Assembly: GCA_028826165.1 (NCBI GenBank)
Contig: JAPDFW010000114.1
Span: 558,001-622,000 of the forward strand
Origin: Anaeramoeba ignava BMAN
Taxonomy: Eukaryota > Protista > Anaeramoebae
Direction of reading: 5' to 3'
DNA: 64,000 nucleotides
Shown: piece by piece, positions 1-12,900 of the stretch
How the letters are laid out: every line of letters begins with the position of its first letter
Numbering within the stretch: the first letter of the stretch is position 1
Made by a program: the position numbers and the translations under genes
The notes under the pieces: model-generated
Database searches by the model: none
What the model saw: only the letters and a program-made list of their open reading frames with translations
What the model was told of the DNA's origin: nothing

Positions 1-1165
1 TAAAATTATTATTAAAATTAAATATAAATTTATTATTAAAATTATTATTAAAATTATTATTAAAATTATTATTAAAATTATTATTAAAATTATTATTAAA
101 ATTATTATTAAAATTATTATTAAATTTATTATTAAAATTATTATTAAAATTATTATTAAATTTATTATTAAAATTATTATTAAAATTATTATTAAAATTA
201 TTATTAAAATTATTATTAAATTTATTATTAAAATTATTTTTAAATTTATTATTAAATTTATTATTAAATTTATTATTAAAATTATTATTAAAATTATTAT
301 TAAAATTATTATTAAAATTATTATTAAAATTATTATTAAATTTATTATTAAAATTATTATTAAAATTATTATTAAAAATTATTAATAAAATTTATTATTA
401 AATTTATTATTAAAATTATTATTAAAATTATTATTAAATTTATTATTAAAATTATTATTAAAATTATTATTAAAATTATTATTAAAATTATTATTAAATT
501 TATTATTTAAATTATTATTAAAATTATTATTAAAATTATTATTAAAATTATTATTAAAATTATTATTAAAATTATTATTAAAATTATTTTTAAATTTATT
601 ATTAAAATTATTATTAAATTTATTATTAAAATTATTATTAAAATTATTATTAAAATTATTATTAAATTTATTATTAAAATTATTATTAAATTTATTATTA
701 AAATTATTATTAAAATTATTATTAAATTTATTATTAAATTTATTATTAAATTTATTATTAAAATTATTATTAAAATTATTATTAAAAATTATTATTAAAA
801 TTATTATTAAAATTATTATTAAAAATTATTATTAAAATTATTATTAAATTTATTATTAAAATTATTATTAAAATTATTATTAAAAATTATTATTAAAATT
901 ATTATTAAAATTATTATTAAAATTATTATTAAAATTATTATTAAATTTATTATTAAAATTATTATTAAAATTATTATTAAAATTATTATTAAAATTATTA
1001 TTAAAATTATTATTAAATTTATTATTAAATTTATTATTAAATTTATTATTAAAATTATTATTATAATTATTATTAAAATTATTATTAAAATTATTATTAA
1101 AATTATTATTAAATTTATTATTAAAATTATTATTAAATTTATTATTAAAATTATTATATTTATTA
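1..1165. repeat. 12-bp minisatellite (TTATTATTAAAA / TTATTATTAAAT)n filling an intron of the OTU gene
   Basis: Near-perfect 12-mer periodicity from the window start up to an AG acceptor at 1167-1168. Confidence 0.95.
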
Positions 1166-1168
1166 AAG

Positions 1169-2563
1169 CTATTGCTGATCAAATTTATGGAAAACCGCAA
1201 TCACATAGTAAAATTAGAAAAAAAGTAGTTGAATATATTGTAAAGAATAGAAAGAATTTTGAACCATTTATAACATCAACAACATTTGAAGAAGTAAAAA
1301 AAAAATATTTTAAAAAAATTAAAATATTAAAATTAAAATTAAAATTAAAATTAAATAATTAAACAGTTTATTGGAGAATTAAAAAAAGATGGAACTTGGG
1401 GAGGAAATATTGAAATTCAAGCAATTAGTGAAGCATTTCAAGTAAATATTGTAATTCATAGAGCAAATGAACCTTGTTATAATGTTAGAAACTTTGAAAC
1501 CCCAATTTCAACACTTCATCTTGCTTATGAATTTGGTGATCATTATGCTTCTGTTAGAAATAAAGGAGATCCAGCTGGTGAACCACCAACAGAAATTGAT
1601 TTAGAAGAAAGATTTTCAAAAAAAAATGAAGAATTAATTGAACAAAAAATAAATGAATTAAACGCAAATGCAATTAATGAATTACCAAGAACTTTAACAA
1701 AAAGAGAAAGAAAAAGATTAAATAAACAAAGGAATAGAAATATTAAACCAGAAGAAAATGAGAAAAATTTAAATCAAAATCCAAATCAAAATTCAAATGA
1801 AAGTTTAAATCAAAATTCAAATCAAAAATCAAATCAAAATTCAAATCAAAATTTAAATCAAAATTCAAATCAAAATTTAAATCAAAATTCAAATCAAAAT
1901 TTAAATCAAAATCTAAATCAAAAATCAAATCAAAATTTAAATCAAAAATCAAATCAAAATGTTAAAGAATATTCACCTGAAATTTTCCAACTTAGTGAAA
2001 TTATTGGTTTTCATAATCTTGATTATCTTCAATCACTTTTAGAACAAAATAATTTTAATTTTGATACAACTCTTGAAATTTTACTTTTGACTCCAAAACC
2101 AGAACTTGAAATGATTGAATTAAATTTTCAAAATGAATTAGAAAAAGAAGAAAAAAACCAAAAAGAATTTGAAAACAATTATTGGGAAAAAGAAAAAGAA
2201 AAAGAAGAAGAAAAAAGAAAAAAGAAAGAAGAAGAAAAAAGAAAAAAAGAAGAAGAAGAAAAGAAGAAAAAAGAAGAAGAAGAAAAAGAAGAAAAACAAA
2301 AAAAGCTTCAACAAAATAATAAATTTCCAAAACAAAAACAAAAACAAAAACAATTAAATGCAAAAGAAAGAAGAAAACTTGAAAGATTAGAAAGAAAAAA
2401 AGAATGGAATCAAAAAGAAAGAAAAAAACCAAAAAAAAATGCAAGAAATCAAAATTCAAATCAAAATTCAAATCAAAATCAAAATCAAAATCAAAATCAA
2501 AATTCAAATACAAATTCTGAAACTGATTCTTTAGCAAACAGTCTTCGTTTTTTAGATATTTGA
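1169..2563 (+). CDS. OTU-domain deubiquitinase, OTUD3-like (5' partial; exons 1169-1293 and 1367-2563)
   Basis: Spliced translation AIADQIYG...IRKKVVEYI...|F..ELKKDGTWGGNIEIQAISEAF...LHLAYEFGDHYASVR (OTU W-G-G and HY motifs), then a UBA-like segment and a charged tail ending LRFLDI. GT-AG intron 1294-1366. The catalytic Cys exon lies upstream of the window. Confidence 0.85.
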
Positions 2564-2714
2564 TTATGATTATTAATGATTATTTTTACTTTTTTTGAAT
2601 TATGAATAATTTGAAATAAAAATTAAAAATTAAAAAAATATTAAATTTTGAAAATTGAAAAATTCATTTTTTTCTTTTTTTTCTTTTTTTTCTTTTTGAT
2701 AATTAATTTGAAAA

Positions 2715-5673
2715 ATGACAAAAAATATTAAAAAAAATCCTAAATCAATTTTTATTACTTTTAATCAAACAAATGATTTATTTTGTTGTGGTCTTCATAA
2801 TGGTTTTAAAATTATTAATTGTGATCCATTTGAAGAAAAATTAAATCGAAGTTTGTGTTTTATTTTATTATTTTATTATTAAATTATTTATTAAAATTAA
2901 AAATGGAAAAAAAAACAAAAAATAAAAAACAAAAATTTTTTTTTCCATTTTTAAATAATTTCCTTTTAAATTTATTCCAAAAATAAAAATAAAAAAATAA
3001 AAAAGCTTTTCAAGAAACTGGAATTTCAAAAATTGAAATTTTAAATCGTTCAAATGTTATGGTTTTTGTTGGAGATGGAACATCAACAAATTTTCCATTA
3101 ACAAAGGTTTTTAATCAAATTTACATTTCAAAATCAATTCAAAAATTTAAAATGAATTAGAAAATCAAAATGAAAATCAATTAGAAAATCAATTAGAAAA
3201 TGAAAATGAAAATGAAAATTAAAATGAAAATCAATTAGAAAATGAAAATGAAAATTAAAATGAAAATTAAAATTAAAATTAAAATTAAAATCAATTAGAA
3301 AATTCAAATTCAAATGAAAATGAAAATGAAAATGAAAATGAAAATGAAAATCAATTAGAAAATGAAAATGAAAATTAAAATGAAAATTAAAATTAAAATC
3401 AATTTGAAAAATCAATTAGAAAATTCAAATGAAAATTAAAATGAAAATCAAAATTAAATTGAAAATTCAAATTCAAATTCAAATTCAAATTCAAATTTAA
3501 AATGAAAATCAAATTTAAAATGAAAATCAATTAGAAAATGAAAATGAAAATCAATTAGAAAATGAAAATGAAAATCAATTAGAAAATTCAAATGAAAATT
3601 AAAATGGAAATGGAAATGGAAATGAAAATGAAAATGAAAATGAAAATCAAAATTAAATTGAAAATTAAAATGAAAATGAAAATTAAAATTAAAATCAATT
3701 AGAAAATGAAAATGAAAATGAAAATGAAAATCAATTAGAAAATGAAAATGAAAATGAAAATGAAAATGAAAATGAAAATGAAAATGAAAATGAAAATTAA
3801 ATTAGAAAATGAAAATTAAAATGAAAATGAAAATGAAAATGAAAATGAAAATTAAAATGAAAATGAAAATGAAAATGGAAAATGAAAATGAAAATGAAAA
3901 TGAAAATGAAAATGAAAATCAAAATGAAAATGAAAATTAAATTAGAAAATTAAAATCAATTTGAAAATGAAAATGAAAATGAAAATGAAAATTAAAATCA
4001 AAATGAAAATGAAAATTCAAATTAAAATCAATTAGAAAATGAAAATGAAAATGAAAATGAAAATGAAAATGAAATTCAAATTCAAATTAAAATCAAAATC
4101 AAATTAATTTTAAATTTCAAATATTAAAAATAAAAAAAGGTTTTTCTTTGGGATGATTATGTTTACAAATGCATTTTAAAATTAGAACATGATGAAGATG
4201 TTCTTGGAGTTAAAATTAATTTAGAATATATATTTACTGTTACAAAAAATAAAGCATATATTCATAATTCAAAAACAGGAAGAACAGTTCATACAATTGA
4301 AACATATCCAAATCAAAAAGGATTACTTAGTATTTGTTCAGATACATTTAGTACAGTTATAGCAATTCCTGGTTTAAAAAAAGGAAGTGTTCGTGTTAGA
4401 AATTTTTCACAAGATAATGAATTTGATCAAGAAATTATGTAAAATAAAATTATATTATATTATATTATATTTTTCAATATAGAAAATATTCCAAATTAAA
4501 ATATTATTATTTAAAATATTAAATTTAAGTGCTCATGAACATGAAATTGAACAAATTCAATTAAATTCAGATGGTTCAATGATTGCAACTGCTTCAGAAG
4601 AAGTAAAATAATGAAATATTCTATAAATATTCCAAATCAAATATTTATAAATAAAATATTTAATAAATAAAATATTCCAAATCAAATATTAATAAATAAA
4701 ATATTTAATAAATAAAATATTCCAAATAAAATATTTAATAAATAAAATATTCCAAATCAAATATTTAATAAATATAATAAATAAAATATTCCAAATCAAA
4801 TATTCTAAATCAAATATTTAATAAATAAAATATTCCAAATCAAATATTCCAAATCAAATATAATAAATAAAATATTCCAAATCAAATATTTATAAAATAT
4901 TCCAAATTAAATATTTATAAAATATTCCAAATCAAATATTTATAAATATAATAAATAAAATATTCCAAATCAAATATTTATAAATATAATAAATAAAATA
5001 TTCCAAATCAAATATTTAAAAAACATTTAAAAACATTTAAAAATATTTAAAAATATTTAATAACATTTAATAATATTTATAAATATTTATAAATAAAAGG
5101 GAACTTTAATTAGAGTTATTGAATCTCAAACAGGAAAAGAAATTAAACAATTTAGAAGAGGTGCAAAAAAAGCTAAAATATATTCACTTGCATTTGATGA
5201 AAATTCAGAATTTCTTGCTGCAACTTCTTCTTCAGGAACAATTCATATTTTTAGATTAACTCCTAAAAAAGAAAAAAAACAAAGCGAAAAGAAAAATAAG
5301 TTTGTGATAAAATTAATTTATTTAAATTTTAATTTATTTAAATTTTTTAATTTTTTAATAATAAAAAAAGACGAGGAGAAACAGGAACTGAAAGAAGTGT
5401 TATGAAAACTAAAATTCCTAATAAAGAATATTGTGTTTGTGGTTTTGATAAAAGTTCAAATCTTTTTGGTAAAAAAATTTTATTTTATATATTTTTTTGT
5501 TCCACTTTTTTTTAATTAAATTTTTTTTATTTTAAATTTAAATTTTAGTTGTTACAATTGATGGATCTTTTTATAAATTTTATGTTGACAAAGCTAATCG
5601 ACAAATTAAACAAGTTAAGGAAATGTATAAACAATTTTTAAATATTCATGATGAAAAAGAAAAAGAGAAATAA
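2715..5673 (+). CDS. ATG18: PROPPIN WD40 beta-propeller (ATG18/WIPI family); exons 2715-2850, 3006-3106, 4140-4438, 4530-4602, 5100-5299, 5371-5468, 5549-5673
   Basis: Spliced translation gives FITFNQ..FCCG..GFKIINCDPF, AHEHEI..IQLNSDGSMIATASEEGTLIRV and the phosphoinositide-binding FRRG motif. Six GT-AG introns keep the frame. Confidence 0.88.
3125..4105. repeat. (GAAAAT)n / AATCAATTAGAAAAT degenerate repeat inside ATG18 intron 2 (3107-4139)
   Basis: Direct inspection. Confidence 0.9.
4610..5095. repeat. Mosaic short tandem repeat (AAATATTCCAAATC / ATAAATAAAATATT units) in ATG18 intron 4 (4603-5099)
   Basis: Direct inspection. Confidence 0.8.
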
Positions 5674-5848
5674 ATTCCTAAATTCAAAAAATTTCTAAAA
5701 TTCCAAAAAAAAAAAAAAGAAAAATATAATTTCAATTTCAATTTCAATTCAATTCTTTTAATTCATTTTCTTTTTTTTTTCTTCTTTTAATTTTAATTCA
5801 AAAAAAAAAAAAAGAAATAATTAAAATTTAAATTAAAAAAAATTTCAA

Positions 5849-8800
5849 TCAATTTTTTTGATTATTATTTTTAACATTTTTAGAAATTGAAAAAGAATTT
5901 GGATCAATAGCAATACTTTTAGTACAATTATGAGTTTTATAAATTCCAACTAATCTATCAGCCAATTCAAACATTGAATTTCTCAAACTAATAATAATAA
6001 ATTGAGCATTTTTAGTTCTTTCCTTAATATAATTCCCAACAATAGAAACATTTCTAAAATCCAAAGCAGCATCAATTTCATCCATAACATAAAAAGGGGT
6101 TGGTTTATAATGATGAAGAGCAAAAACCAAAGCAAGAGAACTAAGTGTTTTTTCTCCACCAGAAAGATTAGAAATATTTTTCCAACTTTTTTGAGCAGGT
6201 CTAACAGAAAACAAAATTCCTTCTGAAAAAGGGTCTAAAGAGTCAACCAATTCCAATTCAGCATCTCCTCCAAGTGTAATCATTTGATACATCTCTTTCA
6301 ATTTCATTGTAATTTCTGCAAATCCTGTCATAAATTCTTCAAGTCTGTTTTTTCTTAAGTTATCATAGTTTTCTCTTGCTTTTTCTCTTTCGCTTGTGAT
6401 TTGATCCAGTTTTGTTAGTTTCTCTGAATATTCTTGTTCTTTCTTTCGATATTCTTGAATTGCTGACATGTTTGGTTTTAATTGTTCAAGTGTTTCTTCA
6501 AGAATAGTAATTTCATATTGAACATCTTTTTCTTTGAATTTTTCAAGTTCTTCTTCAGAATTTATAATTTGTAATTCTTCTTCTTCATTCAATGCAATTT
6601 TTCTTTTGAATTGTTTTTGAAGTTTTGCAATCTCTTCTTTGCATTGTTCAGTTTTTTGTGTGTTTGTTTTCATAAATCTTTTGTAATCATCAAGTTGATT
6701 CATGATATCAACTTCAATACTTCTGAAATTACTTAATTTTTGATTCAATTCTTCGTAATCTTTTTGTTGTTTTTTGATTTCTTCCTCTTTTTTATTTAAC
6801 AATTTCTGAGCATTCAAATAAGCTTGTCTAACAACTAGTGCTTCCTTTTCAATTTGACTAATTTCTTCAACAATTTTCTTCTTTTCTTCTCCTACTTTTG
6901 TGTATTCTTTTTTGGTATTTTCAATTGTCTTTTTTGATCTTTCAATTGTTCTTTCTGATGTTTTAATAAGTGCTTTTGATTTTGCAACAATTTTATTTGT
7001 TTCCTCAATATTTGTCTTTAAACTTGAAACCTCCTCTTCTTGTTTTGCAAGTTTAGCTCCTCCAACTTCGCGAATTTTTTGTGATAATTTTTCAATCTCA
7101 GATTCAACTTCATCTCTTTTGGAAACTGATTTTTCAAGTTTCTTTTTAAAATCAATAATTGATTTATTCAGTGTTTGAATTCTTTTTTCATCTTTTGGAT
7201 CTTCTTTTGATTGTGAAACAAATATTGGTATTTGTTGCTCAATTTCTTTATTTTGTGCCAAAAGAGAATCAATAGCCATATTTAGTTTCTTGATTTCTAA
7301 TTGATGTTGTGAAATTTCATCAATCAAGTTTTTGATTTGCTTTTCCATTTCAAGTTTTTGATTTTCAAATTGCTTGAGTTGCTCTTGTTTTTGCAATAAT
7401 TTCTTTTCCATTTCTTGCATTTCTTGTTTAGATAATATTGGAGTATCCATTTTTGTGTTCATTCCTCCTTTTAAAATTTTCTTTCCTCCTCCACTCATTG
7501 TTCCTGATATATCAATTAATTGTCCTTGCAAAGTAACAACTCGATATCTTGTTTTGTAATTGAAAGCAACTCTTTTTGCTTGTGATAAATCTTCTGCAAC
7601 AAGTGTATCTCTAAGTGCATAATAAAATGCAATTTTATAAGAATCTTTTTTGAACTCAATTAAATCAAATAATCTTGGAATATTTTCTGGTGTTTTAATT
7701 GGTGCTTCCATTGCTTTTCTTAAATGTTCAATTTTCTCAAGAATAATACAAGTTGCTCTTCCAAGATTAAATTCTCTAAGAAATTCAATACATTTCTGTC
7801 CATCTTCTGTTGTTTCAAGAACAAGATTATATAAAGCACTACAAGCTGTTGAAATTGCAATATCATATTTTTCATTAATTTTCCCAAGTTCACCAAGTCT
7901 TCCCTAATATAATAATATTAATATTAAATATTAAAAATATTCTTCTATTTTTTTTTTCTTTTACATGAAATCCTGTTAAAACTCCTCTTTTAGATGCTTT
8001 TCGTATTTCATCATATAATTTCCCTTGACTTTTAGTTTGTTCTCTTGCTTTTTTTTCTTCATCAATTTGTGTTGATATTTTTCTCGTTTCATGTTGAAGT
8101 TTTTCAATCTCTTGAGAATTTTTTTCATTCTTCTGTTTTAATGATTCAAGTAATTTTGTTTTCTTTCTTTCTTCTTTTTGATTTTCTTTAATTTTCTTTT
8201 TATTCTCTTCAATTATTTTAGAGTTTTTTTCAAGACTTATTTGAAGATTTTCAAGTTGTTTTGTAATTGATTCTTTTTTTTCAATTAAAATTTTAAGTTC
8301 AGCATCAGCAACTTGTTTTTTAGATTGCCAAAGAGAAACATCTTCATTCAAAGGAATAATTTCTTTTTGTTTCATTTCCAATTCATTTCTTATTTCAGTT
8401 GTTTTATCTAAATTATTTGAAAGAATAATAATTTTTTATTATTAATTTTTTTTTATTATTTTTTTATTAATAATTCAAACCTTGTAATTCTTTATACATT
8501 TTCTCAAGAACTTCTTCTGCTTGAATTAATTTATCACTTAAATCTTGTAATTTCTTTTCTGAATCTTCAATTGCTTTTTTACTTTCTTCTTTAATTTTTT
8601 GATGTTCTTGTTCTTTTTTTTCTTCTTTTTGGATTTTTTTCTCAAGTTTTTTAAATGAAGATTCATTATGTTTAAAACTTTCTTGACATTTTATATCTTT
8701 TCTTTCAAAAATAGCAAAATCAGCTTTACTTCTATTCATTTCGGAAAGAATTTCTTCAAATACTTTTTGACTTTCTTTAAATGTTTTTTCTAATGAACGT

Positions 8801-9869
8801 AATTCATTAGTTCTTTCTTCAACTTTTTTTCTTTCAAATTCCAATTTTTCTTCAAGTTCTAATTTTTTTTCTTCAACAGATTTAATATTTTTAGAAGCTT
8901 TTAAACCTGCTAAATTGATTAAAATTGATTTTTTTTCTAAAAGTTGTTTTTGTTTTGCAAGATAATCTTCAGCTTCATTTTTTGCTCCTTCAAGAGAATC
9001 CTAATTAAAATAATTTATAATTTATAAATAATTTAAATAATTTGAATAATTTTAATAATTTTAATAATTTTAATAATTTGAATAATTTTATTAATTTAAA
9101 TAATTTTAATAATTTTAATAATAATTTTAATAATTTAAATAATTTTAATAATTTGAATAATTTGAATAATTTTATTAATTTTATTAATAAATACTTTTTC
9201 TTTCTCAATAACTTTCACAACATTTAATTGAGCTGAACGTTTTTCATTAAAACTTTCAACTTCTTTTTCTGCTTCTTCAATCAAAGGAATAAATCTATTT
9301 GAACCAATAATATCTTCAAGATATTCCAAAAGTCCTTCTTCATGATCACTTTGAGCTTTAGGTTTCATCAAAGCAATTTGTTCGACTTCTCCTTGTAAAA
9401 TTAAGAAACGATTATGATCCAAATCAATTGCTCTTTCTTTCAATAAGGAAATAACTTCAGTAAAATTTGATTTCTTATCATTTATAAAATAACTACTTCC
9501 TCCTTTTTTTTTAACAACTCTTTGAACCCAAAATTGACTATTTTCAACAACTTGATAAGAATCATCTGATTCATCAATGATTTCTTGAAAATAAACTGTT
9601 ACACTTGCTTGTTTTATATTTTGATGTTGTTCCGAATTATGAATCAATTCGGATAATTTACTTTGTCTTATTTGTTTTGCTCGTTTTCCAAATACAAATA
9701 ACATTGAATCAATAACATTACTTTTTCCACTTCCATTAGGTCCTACTACACTTGTGAAATTTTTGTGGAATGGTCCTATATAATGTTTTCCTGCATAACT
9801 TTTAAAATTATCAACTACAATATGATGTATCATTAATCTTTTTTGATTTAATTTATTTTTTTCATTCAT
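5849..9869 (-). CDS. SMC4: Condensin subunit SMC4; exons 9869-9195, 9000-8481, 8407-7965, 7903-5849 (about 1230 aa)
   Basis: NFKSYAG, Walker A GPNGSGKSNVIDSMLFVFG, IDLDHNRFLILQGEVEQI, hinge GRLGELG, GGDAELELVDSLDPFSEGI, LSGGEKTLSSLAL, Walker B FYVMDEIDAALD. Three GT-AG introns give 3693 nt in frame. Confidence 0.96.
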
Positions 9870-9977
9870 TTTTTATTTTAAAAAAAAAGGAAAATGAAAT
9901 TAGAAAAAAATTAAAAATTAAAAATTAAAAATATAACCGTTAAATTGTTATTTTTATTTTATTTAACGTTTTTATTT

Positions 9978-12900
9978 TTAATTCTTTTTTTTTGTTCTTT
10001 TTAATTTATTTTCTTTTTCTTTTTCTTTTCTTTTTTTATTATTTTTTCTTCTTGATTTTCTTTTTGGAGATTTTAATTTAATTTCTTTTTCAATTTTAAT
10101 TTCATTTTCTTTATTAATTTCTTTTTCTTGTTTTGGTGTTTGATAATGTTTTTCTTCTTCTTTTTGAATTAATAATTTAAAATTATTAAATTTTTTAATC
10201 AATTCTTCATTTGAATAAATTTCTTCTAAATTTGAATTTAATATAATTTCTTTTATAATTTCTTGATTAAATAAATTTTTTAATTTTGATTCTTTTTGTT
10301 CCACTTTTTTTAAATTAAATTTTAATTCTTTTCTTAATGAAATTAATATTAAAATTTTAATTACTTTTTTAAATGAAATTATTATTTTCTTCTTCTTCTT
10401 CTTTTTCTTTTCTTCTTCATTTGAAAATATTTTTTGAAATAATTGATTAAAATTATGAATAAATGAGAAATTATAATTTGAAATTATTCCAATTATTTTT
10501 TGAATTAATTTTGTTAATTCTTTTCTTGTTATTTGTAAAGAAATTATTGAAATGATTCTTGAAATAAAAATATAAAATTCTAAATCAATTTCTTCTTTTT
10601 CCAAATTTTCAAAATTTTCAATTAATTTTTCTAAAAATTCAATTTTTTGATTTAAATTATCTTTTTCTAAAAATTCTAAAAATTGAGAAAATTGTTGGAA
10701 TTTTTGATCAAAAATTTGATTAAATGAATAAATTTTCTTCCAAAATTGATAAATCATCTTAATTAAAATAATAATAGTTTGATTTTTGAAAATGAACTTT
10801 TTCTTTGAATAATTTTGTTTAAAAATTTTGAATGAAAAATATTTGTTAGTAATATTTGAATCAAATTGAAGACAAATCAAATATTTTGAAATTTGTTCTG
10901 GATGAATATATCCATTTTTAGAAAGTTGATAAACAACATTCAAAGCTGAAAATCTAATAAATTCTGATTTATGAATCAATAATTCAATAATTTCTTTTGT
11001 AAATAAAAGAACAACACAAACATTTTCTTTTAAATAGTTTGAATTTTGGATTTCTTTTTCTTCATTTTGAATTAAATATGAAAACATTCTTAATATTTGA
11101 ATTTTCTCTTCATCTTTTGAATCTTTGTTTAATAAAATTGAATTCATTTGATTTTCAAATTGAAATGTAAATTCTGGAGATTTACTAAATAAAAATGTAA
11201 GTGATTCAATTATAACTATTCTAATCTCAATCTCTTCTACATTTTCATAATAGTAGTTTAATAAAGAATAAAGAGAATTAAAAAATGATTCTCTTGAATT
11301 TTCAATTAAATCTTCTTGTTCTTGTTGTTGAATATCTATTAAAAATTGATTTGAATTTCCAAAATATTTACAAAATACTCCAATAATATAAATTGAATGA
11401 ATAATTTGTTTTGAAATTGGATTATTTTTTAAATTTGATTTTTTTATATTATCATCATTAAGGAATATCATTTCTTTTTGAAAAATTTGAACTAATTTTG
11501 AATTAAAATCTTGAGGAAATTGTTTTGAAATTGAATAAAAACATTTTATACTTGATGAAATGAGTATTTTACTTGAATTATTGATAAAATATTGAAGATA
11601 ATCCACAATTTCAAAAATGAATTTTTCTTTTTCAATTATAATTCTTAAAATACTAATAAATTGTTTTATGATTTGAATTTGAATTTCATTTTGGAAAGAT
11701 AAATTATCATTATTCAATTCTTTTTGAATTTTTAAGTAATTAATAATTGTTGAAATGAAAGGAATAATTAATTTGGTTTCTGCTTTTGTAAATACTTTCA
11801 AAGCATGAATAATTTGAAGTTGAATTTCAAGATTATTTTTAATTGAATCAATTTCTTTCAATTTTTGTAATTGATTTTCTTTTTCTTTATAATCAAAAAA
11901 TAAATTAAATAATTGTTTACATAATTTTTGAGAAGATTTAAAAACTTCATTTCTTTGATTTTTCATTAAATCTTGAATTAAATCAATAAGCCATTTTTTC
12001 CTTTTAGAATAATTAGAAAATATTTTAGATTGAAGTAATCCAAAACAATTAACAATTTGGATTACTCTAGACATAATTTGATTATTTTGATTTTGATATT
12101 GATTTTGAATTTGATTTTGATTTTGATTTTGATTTTCTAATTGAATTTCATTTTGATTTTGAATTTCATTTTCTAATTGATTTTCATTTTCATTTTGATT
12201 TTGATTTTGATTTTGATTTTGATTTTCTAATTGAATTTCATTTTGATTTTGATTTTTATTTTCTAATTGATTTTCATTTTCATTTTCATTTTGATTTTTA
12301 TTTTGATTTTGATTTTGATTTTGATTTTCTAATTGATTTTGATTTTGATTTTGATTTTTATTTTCTAATTGATTTTCATTTTCATTTTCATTTTCATTTT
12401 TATTTTGATTTTCTAATTGATTTTGATTTTGGTTTTGATTTTGATTTTTATTTTGATTTTCATTTTGATTTTGATTTTCATTTTCTAATTGATTTTGATT
12501 TTGATTTTGATTTTGATTTTCATTTTCATTTTCATTTTCATTTCCTAATTGATTTTCATTTTCTAATTGATTTTGATTTTGATTTTGATTTTGATTTTGA
12601 TTTTGATTTTGATTTTGATTTTGATTTTGATTTTGATTTTGATTTTGATTTTGATTTTGATTTTGATTTTGATTTTGATTTTGATTTTGATTTTGATTTT
12701 GATTTTGATTTTGATTTATATTTTGATTTTCATTTTCATTTCCTAATTGATTTTCATTTTCTAATTGATTTTCTAATTGATTTTCTAATTGATTTTCTAA
12801 TTGATTTTCTAATTGATTTTCTAATTGATTTTCTAATTGATTTTCTAATTCATTTTCTAATTGATTTTCTAATTGATTTTCATTTAATGAATCTAAAGGA

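Noticed and set aside
1-1165. Telomeric repeat at the window start
   Set aside because: The array has no G-rich strand and ends at an AG acceptor that opens an OTU exon, so it is intronic.
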